Positions 17,561 through 25,501 of a DNA stretch of 25,913 nucleotides are shown piece by piece; positions within the stretch are counted from its first letter, which is position 1, and every line of letters starts with the position of its first letter. Below the pieces are notes generated by a model. That model ran no database searches. It was not told the origin of the DNA and worked only from the letters and a program-made list of their open reading frames with translations. This DNA comes from a virus (lineage: Duplodnaviria > Caudoviricetes): positions 1 through 25,913 of IMG/VR virus record IMGVR_UViG_3300037483_000503; one strand, 5' to 3'. The position numbers and the translations under genes were made by a program.

Positions 17561-18085
17561 TCAGGGTTTGTAGAGGCGTATCCTTTGACACGGATATGCG
17601 CGGTAGGGCCTTATGTCAACCGTTTTGACCAGTCTCACCCCCAAGTCATCCGTGATTACCTCAATGCCCTGCTCCCAATCCGGTACGCCCGCAATTAGAA
17701 AATGCGTTAATTCGTGCCTATGCTTAGCCATCCAATAGCGTATACGGCTCGTTTCGTAGAAGGGATACAGCACCCCCATAGCACATATCAGGTCGAATTT
17801 TTTCGCACTATTTAAAACAGGGTCGAAACGGGATACTGTCGGGGGGAAACGCTCCATCGCATCAGCGCTCACGTCGAAGCCCCACTTGTCTACGGCAGGT
17901 AGGCTATCCGTGATGAAACCCTCCCCTGCGCCTATGTCCAGCGCCGTTCGGTACGGCAGTGCGGGTATCCTTTCGTGCGCAAGAAGTATATCGCGTACTA
18001 GGGCCAGGCGTAGCCAGTCGTCAGGAGTATCCCGGTACTTAAAGGGGTCGGGTCTACTATAATTTTCAGTATGTATTTTAGTCAT
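17561..18085 (-). CDS. Class I SAM-dependent methyltransferase, NodS-like
   Basis: SAM motif ALDIGAGEG, GFDVSADA and FDLICAMGVLYP. The N-terminal Y.RPDPFKY resembles the DPW.Y start of NodS-family N-methyltransferases. Confidence 0.8.
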   Translation of the reverse strand: MTKIHTENYSRPDPFKYRDTPDDWLRLALVRDILLAHERIPALPYRTALDIGAGEGFITDSLPAVDKWGFDVSADAMERFPPTVSRFDPVLNSAKKFDLICAMGVLYPFYETSRIRYWMAKHRHELTHFLIAGVPDWEQGIEVITDDLGVRLVKTVDIRPYRAYPCQRIRLYKP

Positions 18086-18166
18086 GCAAAATGCCAGGCC
18101 CTTTAGCGGCTTGCCCAGGCCGTCGCCCGCACCCGCATACGAACGCGGGCCGGGTTAGTTTTTCTT

Positions 18167-18586
18167 CTACTTTGAAGGCTTCATTACGCCTACGCATATC
18201 GTAATCTTACCCGCTGTCAATGCAGCGGTGCCGATAGACATAGAGATAACATCAGCGTCATCCAACAGCCGGGGCATATCAGTTAACGAATCCTCCTTCA
18301 GTACAGTGCCGGAAGCGATACCGCTTGCGCCTGTAGACGCTGCGTTTTCGAAAACAGTGCCGGAATTTGTATCACCGAAGGACACATCACCCGTTGTTGC
18401 CGATGTAACTGTAGTATCTACATAGTAGTAAAAGTCAGTTACCAGACAAGCGCCGTCCGCTGTAAACACGTTGAAATCACCCGTCGCACCCCCGTCAACG
18501 GCGTAGTCCCATTGTGCTTTATAAAACCTTTTTTCCAGTGACGCGGGAGCGCCAATGTTTCGCATTTGGTCTAAGTTAGTAGCCAT
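18167..18586 (-). CDS. Capsid decoration / cement-like protein (putative)
   Basis: 139 aa directly after the MCP; beta-rich, Gly/Thr/Ser/Ala-rich, ending LTAGKITICV as in small jelly-roll virion proteins. Confidence 0.6.
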   Translation of the reverse strand: MATNLDQMRNIGAPASLEKRFYKAQWDYAVDGGATGDFNVFTADGACLVTDFYYYVDTTVTSATTGDVSFGDTNSGTVFENAASTGASGIASGTVLKEDSLTDMPRLLDDADVISMSIGTAALTAGKITICVGVMKPSK

Positions 18587-18626
18587 ATTCTTCAGCCCTT
18601 TTTAAATATATTTTTGGTGGTTACAA

Positions 18627-18646
18627 GCGGGCCTTCCCTAGCCCGC
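18627..18646 (-). terminator. GC-rich hairpin after the MCP gene (weak terminator or mRNA stabiliser)
   Basis: Inverted repeat GCGGGC-N8-GCCCGC; only TTGT follows on the - strand. Confidence 0.3.
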
Positions 18647-18671
18647 GCTATTCAGACTACGCGGCCAAGTA

Positions 18672-19676
18672 TCACGACGTTCCACGCGTAACGATACACT
18701 TGCTCGCATGGTCATGGCCGATCACAGCCCCCGCCAAAACTCGTACACCTAGATAGGCAGTGTATTTGCCAGCTGGGCGGTTATCAGTTAAAAACCATTC
18801 GACATTGCCGTATACGCTATGCATGAATGAAGGTACGAACGACAACCCTACATCCTGTGTCGCCGCTGCCCCCGTATCGAGGGATAAAAAATTGTCGTCA
18901 TTATTTTCGAGAATATTAAAGCCCCAACGCTGCTGGACAAACTGACCCGCTACCGTGGGAGTTTTCTCGTCTACGTAGTCATTGCTCACCATGGTAGATG
19001 TGCCAAGGAGATCCTGGTAGTACTGTGGGTCTAACAACGTATACCAGGGCTCTGTTTTTGACCATTTGGCCTTAGCTGCCAGCTTGCGGCAATTACCTAT
19101 GGCCGTAGCGTTGAAATCGGTTACTCCACCTAGTAGATGGTCAGGGCTAGAGGTCGATGCGCTAACCAAGGAGAATAAGTACGCGTCCATTTTCAACGCT
19201 AGCTCGGTCTCCATTTTGATTCGCAATTCTGATTCGGGATTAGTTAACTGAGTTTGCAGAGGTACTAGGTCGTCTAGCTCGATAACGTGGTCAATGACTT
19301 GATCGACGATCAATGATTTTCGGGCAGAGTTAAGTTGTTGAGGTGAAAATTGCTCGTGCCCTGACCCGATAGCTCTACGGTCGGCCGTACCTACCTGGAA
19401 CTGGGTGATATGCACCCTGTCGCCTGGATTAGCGATTTGGCCTTCGTAGTCCCTATTAGTCAACGCGGTTAATTGCGCTCTAGCTTTTAGTTCGTCAACC
19501 GTTAGCGGCGACCATGCTTGGGGGACTTGATTGGCTAGCTCACTTACTAGCGTAATATTACATAGTGATAGGTGATTCCATATGTCCGCATAGGGTAGAT
19601 CCATTGCTTGGCCGTAAGCTACGACGCAAGCTGATAATAGGCCAATGGCCATGATACAACGCATGATAAAACTCAT
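18672..19676 (-). CDS. Major capsid protein (HK97 fold, P22-coat-like) with N-terminal hydrophobic leader
   Basis: Follows the scaffold gene; RBS GGAGGAG; motifs VPQAWS, NRDYEGQIANPGDRVHI, LIVDQ, LALKMDAYL and WGFNILE. Confidence 0.85.
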   Translation of the reverse strand: MSFIMRCIMAIGLLSACVVAYGQAMDLPYADIWNHLSLCNITLVSELANQVPQAWSPLTVDELKARAQLTALTNRDYEGQIANPGDRVHITQFQVGTADRRAIGSGHEQFSPQQLNSARKSLIVDQVIDHVIELDDLVPLQTQLTNPESELRIKMETELALKMDAYLFSLVSASTSSPDHLLGGVTDFNATAIGNCRKLAAKAKWSKTEPWYTLLDPQYYQDLLGTSTMVSNDYVDEKTPTVAGQFVQQRWGFNILENNDDNFLSLDTGAAATQDVGLSFVPSFMHSVYGNVEWFLTDNRPAGKYTAYLGVRVLAGAVIGHDHASKCIVTRGTS

Positions 19677-19732
19677 TAGGGCTCTCCTCCGTGAATAGCC
19701 TGAGAAAATTTAGGGATATAAGCGTTGATAGA

Positions 19733-20482
19733 CTAGTGCTTTGCTAGCCCTGCCATCATACGTTTATAATTTTTCTTTTTGTCTGCTAATGGCATTTTTA
19801 ACCATGCATCGTGGCTGATGGCTCCTTTAGAGTCATCGTTATCACCAGGTGCGTCGGAGCTAGTACTGCCGTTTCCGCCCGTCTTTTTTAGGACTTCAGG
19901 ATAGTCCTTTTTGAATTGTTTAACGGCGCGCAACAATGTCGCCTTATCAATATCGCCCGTTTCCTCGTCGATTTCGATATCATCGGCTTCGATAAGGTGA
20001 GCGAACTTTGATTCTAACACGATACCTGATCCCAACGCCTCGCGAAAGGCTTGCACCTTCGCAGCGTACTGTAGTCGGCCTAATGCGTCCTGTGCTTTAG
20101 CCTCCGCCTTAGCGGCTTTTTCTTCCGCCTCTTCAGCTAAGGTCTTATAATCCTCATCAGCTTTCAGCTTATCGCTACGCCGTTTCGCTTCAGCCTTATC
20201 GCGTTTTTCTTTATCCTTACGCAAGGCTTCGTTTTCTTTTTGCAAACGCCGATGTTTTGCGAGTAACGCCTTGGGGTTTTTTATGCTCTCATCGTCCTTG
20301 TCGTCGTCATCGTCTTTGTCGTCGTCTTTGCCATCTTTATCGTCGTCATCGTCTTTGTCATCGTCTTTGTCGTCGTCTTTGTCATCTTTATCGTCGCCGT
20401 CTTTATCGTCTTTGCCTGACCCGCCGCCGTTATCGCCGTGGTCACGCCAAAACATTCTACTTATACGCGGGGCTAGTAACAT
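19733..20482 (-). CDS. Capsid scaffolding protein
   Basis: Upstream of the MCP; highly charged and coiled-coil (EDYKTLAEE, VKQFKKDYPEVL, WLKMPLADK); acidic low-complexity N-terminal region. Confidence 0.8.
   Translation of the reverse strand: MLLAPRISRMFWRDHGDNGGGSGKDDKDGDDKDDKDDDKDDDKDDDDDKDGKDDDKDDDDDKDDESIKNPKALLAKHRRLQKENEALRKDKEKRDKAEAKRRSDKLKADEDYKTLAEEAEEKAAKAEAKAQDALGRLQYAAKVQAFREALGSGIVLESKFAHLIEADDIEIDEETGDIDKATLLRAVKQFKKDYPEVLKKTGGNGSTSSDAPGDNDDSKGAISHDAWLKMPLADKKKNYKRMMAGLAKH
20288..20412 (-). repeat. Imperfect coding tandem repeat (GAC/GAT/AAA codons) encoding an Asp/Lys tract (DDKDD)n
   Basis: The + strand reads tcgtctttgtcgtcgtctttg.../tcatcgtctttgtc repeatedly; the protein reads KDDKDGDDKDDKDDDKDDDKDDDDDKDGKDDDKDDDDDKDD. 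Confidence 0.9.
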
Positions 20483-20503
20483 GATCTCACCTTATTGCGG
20501 GGT

Positions 20504-20983
20504 TTAAAGACGATGAACGCGGAACGATCGTTCGACCATTTCATCAGCGAAATCGATCGCCTCTCTGTACTCTTTATTAGATATATTAGTCCAAGGTCTG
20601 CCCCCTTGGTGATTCCATACGGCTTTTTGGCCTGTACTATGCCGCCTAAACCCTAGTGTCACTAGGCCGTCACGAGACTGGATAGCCTTAAACTCGCTCA
20701 GCATTTCACCTGTAAACGTGACGTTAGACGTACGCGGGTTAGTCCACGCGGCTAACTTGCCCCTTTTTTTCTCCCGGTACCGGATATACCTGGGCGATAG
20801 AGGTTTAAGCCTACTCTCTCTACCGAAATCCCGCGCAACGCCGAATCCCCTAGCGGCTCTAGAGCGGATACGATCCGCCAGGAAGTCCCCAAGTCTGCGA
20901 ATCTGCCTACGGCTAAACGAATCTTCGATCGCCTCGCTAATCCGCTCGGTTACTTCACTTATGTCTCTTGCTACTATTGGCAT
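20504..20983 (-). CDS. Phage virion morphogenesis / neck-type protein, paralog 2 (start reassigned to MPIVARD)
   Basis: Motifs LKPLSPRYIRYREKK, NVTFTGEMLS, VTLGF and KAVWNHQGGRPW; GGAG lies upstream of the ATG at 20983. Confidence 0.6.
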   Translation of the reverse strand: MPIVARDISEVTERISEAIEDSFSRRQIRRLGDFLADRIRSRAARGFGVARDFGRESRLKPLSPRYIRYREKKRGKLAAWTNPRTSNVTFTGEMLSEFKAIQSRDGLVTLGFRRHSTGQKAVWNHQGGRPWTNISNKEYREAIDFADEMVERSFRVHRL

Positions 20984-21305
20984 CGCCTGAAAACTCCAAA
21001 ACGTCCGCGATTCGGCGTAACAACCGAATTTGCTGAACTTGTAAAGCCCGGTCTGACTCAATTTGATGCGCGTCCAGAACCCGCGCCAGGTCGTCATCTA
21101 GGTCATCCATCAGCCGATAGAAGTTAGGAGCCACGACACCTGACTTACGTTTTGCGGCTAACGATTCCTGATAGAGCCGCTCCTTAGCCCGCCTGGTACT
21201 TTCGTCAGATAAGTGCTGAGCTTTAGCGCGTTCCTTAGCCGCCGCCGATAACTCAGCGGCGCTAGGCATGGCCCGCTTAGCGATTTCGTCGTTTTCTGCG
21301 TTCAT
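20955..21305 (-). CDS. Hypothetical helical protein
   Basis: Fills the gap between the two morphogenesis paralogs with short overlaps; GAGG upstream. Confidence 0.55.
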   Translation of the reverse strand: MNAENDEIAKRAMPSAAELSAAAKERAKAQHLSDESTRRAKERLYQESLAAKRKSGVVAPNFYRLMDDLDDDLARVLDAHQIESDRALQVQQIRLLRRIADVLEFSGDANSSKRHK

Positions 21306-21711
21306 ATGAGTCTAGTACCTCGCTTACTTCTTTAATGGTAACACCGAGAAACGGTCGAGCCTTACCAGGCCTAGGCCGCTGCTTTCCATACGTCCCGCGA
21401 ATATTGCCGTCGGCTTTCGCATTTTCTTCGGTGCCGTCTTTGAATCCGATCACCAAGCTATCGTCGGTTGTGTCTAATAATTCAATAGCTTCTAACATAT
21501 CGCCTTGTAAAGTTAAATCTACTGGGTCTGGGTATTTGTAGTACTTCTTTGAGTACTTGGGAAACTTTCGGCGGCGTTTTCCGTAAAGCCCCCTGCCATC
21601 CACCGCTTCACCGACCATGACTTCTATTAACTCATCGGCGATTTTGCGCTTTTGTCGCGCAGTGAAGCCCGGCCCGATAAACACTTCGACGAATTGGTGT
21701 TTAGTCGACAA
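21277..21711 (-). CDS. Phage virion morphogenesis / neck-type protein, paralog 1
   Basis: Motifs FPKYSKKY, VDLTLQGDMLEAI, LVIGF, KADGN and RPFLGV. Confidence 0.6.
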   Translation of the reverse strand: MSTKHQFVEVFIGPGFTARQKRKIADELIEVMVGEAVDGRGLYGKRRRKFPKYSKKYYKYPDPVDLTLQGDMLEAIELLDTTDDSLVIGFKDGTEENAKADGNIRGTYGKQRPRPGKARPFLGVTIKEVSEVLDSYERRKRRNR

Positions 21712-23101
21712 TGCCTGGGCCCCTGTTTTCGGTATCGATCTCTGATAGTTTAGCGTTTACCTCGATGCTAGACATTTCGGGCTCAAGTCGCAGTAGCGCA
21801 CCCTTACGCGATTCCACTTTTAAGGTACCCACTTCTTTGATCAGGGTATCGACCAAACTACCTCGATCAGACCTGGGTAGCTGCTCCGGAAACGTGACGC
21901 GTATATCTAGGGAATTATCAAATACGCCAGGCACGTCACTGTCCCCCGTCGCCTGCCATACCGGATGCAATTTTTTCGTAATTCGGGTCAAGAGACTCCG
22001 CTCGCCTGGCGCGAAATAGGTAACCTGCTCTTGACGGTCCTCGAAAGTATCCATTTCATCGATCATCTTTGAGATACCAGACGAAAAATTATCGGTAGTT
22101 AGTTGGCCTACCGCCCCCGGCCTAATACCCATGGACTGTAGCCAGAACGCCAGCACTGCTTGAATGAAGTTAACCGCCTTGTCGCTATCTACACTAGGCG
22201 ACAAAGACCCAATACTTGGTGGCGTTTCTGGATTTTGACTTTTGAATATCCACATGACGTTGGGTGAGTACGGCCTTTTAGCGTCGTCTACGTCGATACC
22301 GTATAGAATAGAAAACGCTTGAAACTTTAAGGCAAAAGCTACATCAGAGAGTAGTATAGGAATGATAACGGACATTCTGTACATATCGTCCGATAAAGTA
22401 GGCACCAATTGTATTTGTTGCTTACGGTTGAAGTACTCAAATGGCATCTCCCCTAGCGGGTTTATACCTGGATTGCCATCAGGCATGAACTCATCGCGCT
22501 GTACACCCTTCTCATCGAAAACAGCGTAATCCTTATCAGAGTAGGCGCGTAATAGCCTCTCTTCAGCGCCTACGCTGTTTTTAACCCGTCCGTGGTAAGT
22601 GATAAACACGGTCGGGTTAGTCGGGTCAAACCTGTCATCCGACCAAGGCAAAAACTGCGAATTGAGATACGGCCTAAGTACTAGCCTGCCGTTTCGCGCT
22701 GCAGGCTCCACTAGAGCGTTACCGAATAGCGAGAACATTTGATTTGCAATGCCCATTTGGCGGTCCATGAACATGCCGTCGGTATACGCTCCCATGATTT
22801 CTAGGTCAGACTCACTGGCGTCCGTTATCTCCCGCTTCGGTGGTTTAGCGTAGATTTTAGCTCGCTTGGCAATAATACGCGGTAACACGTTGACCGGTAT
22901 AAGGCGGTCCGCGGCTTGAGCGTACGACGGGGACAAGGTCCCGTCGTCCCGCGTAAACATGCTCTTAAATTCTTTTTCCAAATAAGGAGTCAGCGACCCA
23001 TTATATATGTCGATTAACCTGGATACCCGCGTATGGTATTCAGCGTGATTATCCCAATATTCGTTAAAGCCTTCTAATTGCTCGCGTGAAAACGGCATCA
23101 A
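21701..23101 (-). CDS. Portal protein (SPP1 gp6-like)
   Basis: 466 aa directly after TerL; motifs NVLPRII, NPLGEMPF, SSGISK and IRVTFPEQLPRS. Confidence 0.88.
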   Translation of the reverse strand: MMPFSREQLEGFNEYWDNHAEYHTRVSRLIDIYNGSLTPYLEKEFKSMFTRDDGTLSPSYAQAADRLIPVNVLPRIIAKRAKIYAKPPKREITDASESDLEIMGAYTDGMFMDRQMGIANQMFSLFGNALVEPAARNGRLVLRPYLNSQFLPWSDDRFDPTNPTVFITYHGRVKNSVGAEERLLRAYSDKDYAVFDEKGVQRDEFMPDGNPGINPLGEMPFEYFNRKQQIQLVPTLSDDMYRMSVIIPILLSDVAFALKFQAFSILYGIDVDDAKRPYSPNVMWIFKSQNPETPPSIGSLSPSVDSDKAVNFIQAVLAFWLQSMGIRPGAVGQLTTDNFSSGISKMIDEMDTFEDRQEQVTYFAPGERSLLTRITKKLHPVWQATGDSDVPGVFDNSLDIRVTFPEQLPRSDRGSLVDTLIKEVGTLKVESRKGALLRLEPEMSSIEVNAKLSEIDTENRGPGIVD

Positions 23102-23109
23102 ATCCGCCC

Positions 23110-24558
23110 CTACATGTATGCGACTACAGCATTTGATTGGTTCGACTTCTCAGCTTCTACACTGCAAACCGCATAGCCTAACGCGGTAGTGACATGCTGA
23201 TAGTCTTTAGAGTCATCTTCGATCATGGTTGCGGTCTTTTTTAGTTTCGTCAATTGCAAACCTTCGTCAACCTTCTGCGCTCCTACGTAGACAAACATAC
23301 GCCTACGGCCTAACCCGTTACAAAGATAAGCGTTTACCCTGATATGACGGTGCCTGATACGCGGATTAGACCAGGGTACTTCTACCCGGTAGCGAATAGG
23401 GTGCCCGTCCGGCGTGCGATACTTGGCTAGAAACTGGTGAACGATCTCCCAATCACTCCGATTATTACGTGTGTCTCTGTGCCGGCCCGTAGCATCGCCG
23501 TGTACTACATACTCCAATCCTAAGTTGAAAAATCCGTCATCGGCAATTTCCTCTAACAGGGCTTCGGTATTAAAGCCCATGCGTACAAAGTCCTTGAATA
23601 TATGAAATACATCGGCGCTTTCGTCGTACTGTAAGCCCGCTGCGCTCATGGGCTTACCCTCGCCAATATTAAAATCGAACGTCAAACGAACCGGCCAGCG
23701 CGGGTCAAGTGCATACTCTATATTACGATAGTTTTGGGGTTTGACATACTGATGATAGACGACGATACGCCGAATCGGTCGCCACCTGCCATGCAAAAGT
23801 CTCTCTGCCTCCTCGGGGTCAAGGGATTCAAGCTGCTGATCGTAGTACCACGACGGTAGAAACGGATTGTCTTTAGTCACCGAGTAATACACATGCCGAG
23901 TCATCGGGCGGGCAGTGGTATCGGCTAGGTTGCGATACTCGGGGTTCTCATCTAAGTCCAAGTGAAAACGCTTATATAGAAAATGCTCGGGGTCGCCTGG
24001 GTTGGTAAGTAAGAGACAAAGCGCCATTTTGATATGCGCCGTTCGCCCGATACGCGCCATGAGCGCTTCATACCATACCTGATTCTCCCCTTCTAACTCG
24101 GTAGCTTCTTCTATAATAGCAAACGTCAAATCAAGCGAGCGCACCGATTCGTAGTCGTTCTCATGCCAGCTACGTCCGATGATCTCACTACGGGTACGCG
24201 GGAAACGTACTGAGCATATAGAGTCGACGCATACGTAGTCGATACCCTCAAGTAGTTGCGTATCATTTCGCAAGTGATCGCGAATCTTACGGTAGAGCGT
24301 GTCCCTTAGATCACCAAGGGTACGCCGCGCAATAACGCCTAACGCGTTTTCGTGTGTGAGGCAAATACGGACTGCCAGGTGGGCGACGGCCATAGTTTTG
24401 CTACTTCCGTAAGCCCCCGATAACAGACACTCGTGTACGCCTAGCCCGTAGTCATACTTACAAAGCACGTCATCAATAAATTCATCCTGCCAAGCGATCG
24501 GCTCGGGCGAGAAGTCGCCGAATCCTGGTACGCTAGTTGCGCCCTGGATCTCACTCAT
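23110..24558 (-). CDS. terL: Terminase large subunit
   Basis: Walker A GAYGSSKT, Walker B FAIIEEA, coupling motif TNP, DNPFL and nuclease LTFDFN. The start at 24558 gives an ATGA overlap with TerS. Confidence 0.93.
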   Translation of the reverse strand: MSEIQGATSVPGFGDFSPEPIAWQDEFIDDVLCKYDYGLGVHECLLSGAYGSSKTMAVAHLAVRICLTHENALGVIARRTLGDLRDTLYRKIRDHLRNDTQLLEGIDYVCVDSICSVRFPRTRSEIIGRSWHENDYESVRSLDLTFAIIEEATELEGENQVWYEALMARIGRTAHIKMALCLLLTNPGDPEHFLYKRFHLDLDENPEYRNLADTTARPMTRHVYYSVTKDNPFLPSWYYDQQLESLDPEEAERLLHGRWRPIRRIVVYHQYVKPQNYRNIEYALDPRWPVRLTFDFNIGEGKPMSAAGLQYDESADVFHIFKDFVRMGFNTEALLEEIADDGFFNLGLEYVVHGDATGRHRDTRNNRSDWEIVHQFLAKYRTPDGHPIRYRVEVPWSNPRIRHRHIRVNAYLCNGLGRRRMFVYVGAQKVDEGLQLTKLKKTATMIEDDSKDYQHVTTALGYAVCSVEAEKSNQSNAVVAYM

Positions 24559-25019
24559 GGCTGACCCGGCTTGCGATGACGCTTCTCGCATGAGCCGTAG
24601 CTGATTTCAGCTTCCAAGGTCATTTCACTGGTACTGCCGAATAGCTCGTTTTCAAACGCGGTGATTTCAGCGCGGTACTCTTCGCGCTGAGATTTAGGTA
24701 GGTAGTTGAGGTTGATAGCCCGCTCTTGACTGGCCGGTGTTTCGGGCGCTTTCTCGCGAAAGCCTTCACGGGTTTTCAGCCAAAATATTGTCATAGCTGT
24801 ATTATTGCCGCTAATAGCCATTTCGTACGCCGTCTGGCGGATGCGCAGTGATGACTCGGCGCGACCTTGATACATAGCGGTTTTGACGGCGGGGTCATCG
24901 CGCAATGCTTTACTTAGCGTCGGGGTCGGGATCGACAGAATAGCGGCTTGATAGTCCATCGGCAAACCCAGGCTAGCCATGACTCTAATCTGCTGTAGCT
25001 GGTACGCGGAAAACGTCAA
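24555..25019 (-). CDS. terS: Terminase small subunit (HTH-type)
   Basis: Directly upstream of TerL; N-terminal HTH (GLPMDYQAAILSIPTPTL) and GNNTAMTIFWLKTR motif; TTG start with GAGG. Confidence 0.8.
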   Translation of the reverse strand: MTFSAYQLQQIRVMASLGLPMDYQAAILSIPTPTLSKALRDDPAVKTAMYQGRAESSLRIRQTAYEMAISGNNTAMTIFWLKTREGFREKAPETPASQERAINLNYLPKSQREEYRAEITAFENELFGSTSEMTLEAEISYGSCEKRHRKPGQP

Positions 25020-25092
25020 AAATTGCCTCGAAGGGGCTTACGGGTTTTAGGCTACTAACCTTATAAGCGTATCATGCTGGGCGGCGCAAACG

Positions 25093-25128
25093 AAAAAACC
25101 CGACGCGCATATAGTGCGGCGTCGGGTT
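25093..25128 (-). terminator. Rho-independent terminator separating the regulator genes from the packaging operon
   Basis: 10-bp stem AACCCGACGC/GCGTCGGGTT running into a T6 tract on the - strand. Confidence 0.75.
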
Positions 25129-25151
25129 GCGCAAAGGGTACCAGAATGGAA

Positions 25152-25169
25152 AATCAGAGTACCCTGATT
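25152..25169. promoter_or_regulatory. 18-bp imperfect palindrome, candidate operator
   Basis: AATCAGAGTACCCTGATT (one mismatched pair) in the intergenic region upstream of terS. Confidence 0.3.
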
Positions 25170-25202
25170 ATATCGTAAGGGGTCGCTAGCTGACAACCTC
25201 CT

Positions 25203-25460
25203 TCAAGTAACCCATTTTTTTAGCTGGTACGTACCCCCAATGCGGTTAGGGCCGTTAACGCATTCAATAACTGCCCCGTGTTTTCTAAGGCGCACTAACA
25301 AGTGCTTAAAGTTGTCGTGAGCGTAAGGGAAGCCCCGTGAGCCCCTTTTGGCCCCGTATATTGACTCCACTAATTCATAGCAGTGCTTCGTAGTACCTGG
25401 GGGGCTTAACTCACTCAATAGCTTCCGGCGGTAGGGTGTCATATTAAACTTTTTGGACAT
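25203..25460 (-). CDS. Stand-alone winged-helix DNA-binding protein (OmpR/PhoB effector-domain-like)
   Basis: MTPYRRKLLSEL..PG.....ELVESIYG.....FKHLLVRLRK....IECV.G.....GTYQL follows the Trans_reg_C pattern. Start reassigned to MSKKF. Confidence 0.6.
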   Translation of the reverse strand: MSKKFNMTPYRRKLLSELSPPGTTKHCYELVESIYGAKRGSRGFPYAHDNFKHLLVRLRKHGAVIECVNGPNRIGGTYQLKKWVT

Positions 25461-25501
25461 ATTGCATCCTATAATCCGTAAGGTGATCAGAGCCGCGCAT
25501 A

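Noticed and set aside
20288-20412. Repeat tract as a CRISPR array or DGR template
   Set aside because: No constant repeat with unique spacers, no reverse transcriptase in the window, and it is fully explained as coding low complexity.
20257-20507. + strand poly-Ser and Arg/Cys/His ORFs
   Set aside because: They are antisense shadows of the Asp/Lys repeat in the scaffold gene.
4154-22019. Numerous + strand ORFs of 60-170 aa opposite the structural genes
   Set aside because: All lie antisense to well-supported, tightly packed genes and show no recognisable motifs.
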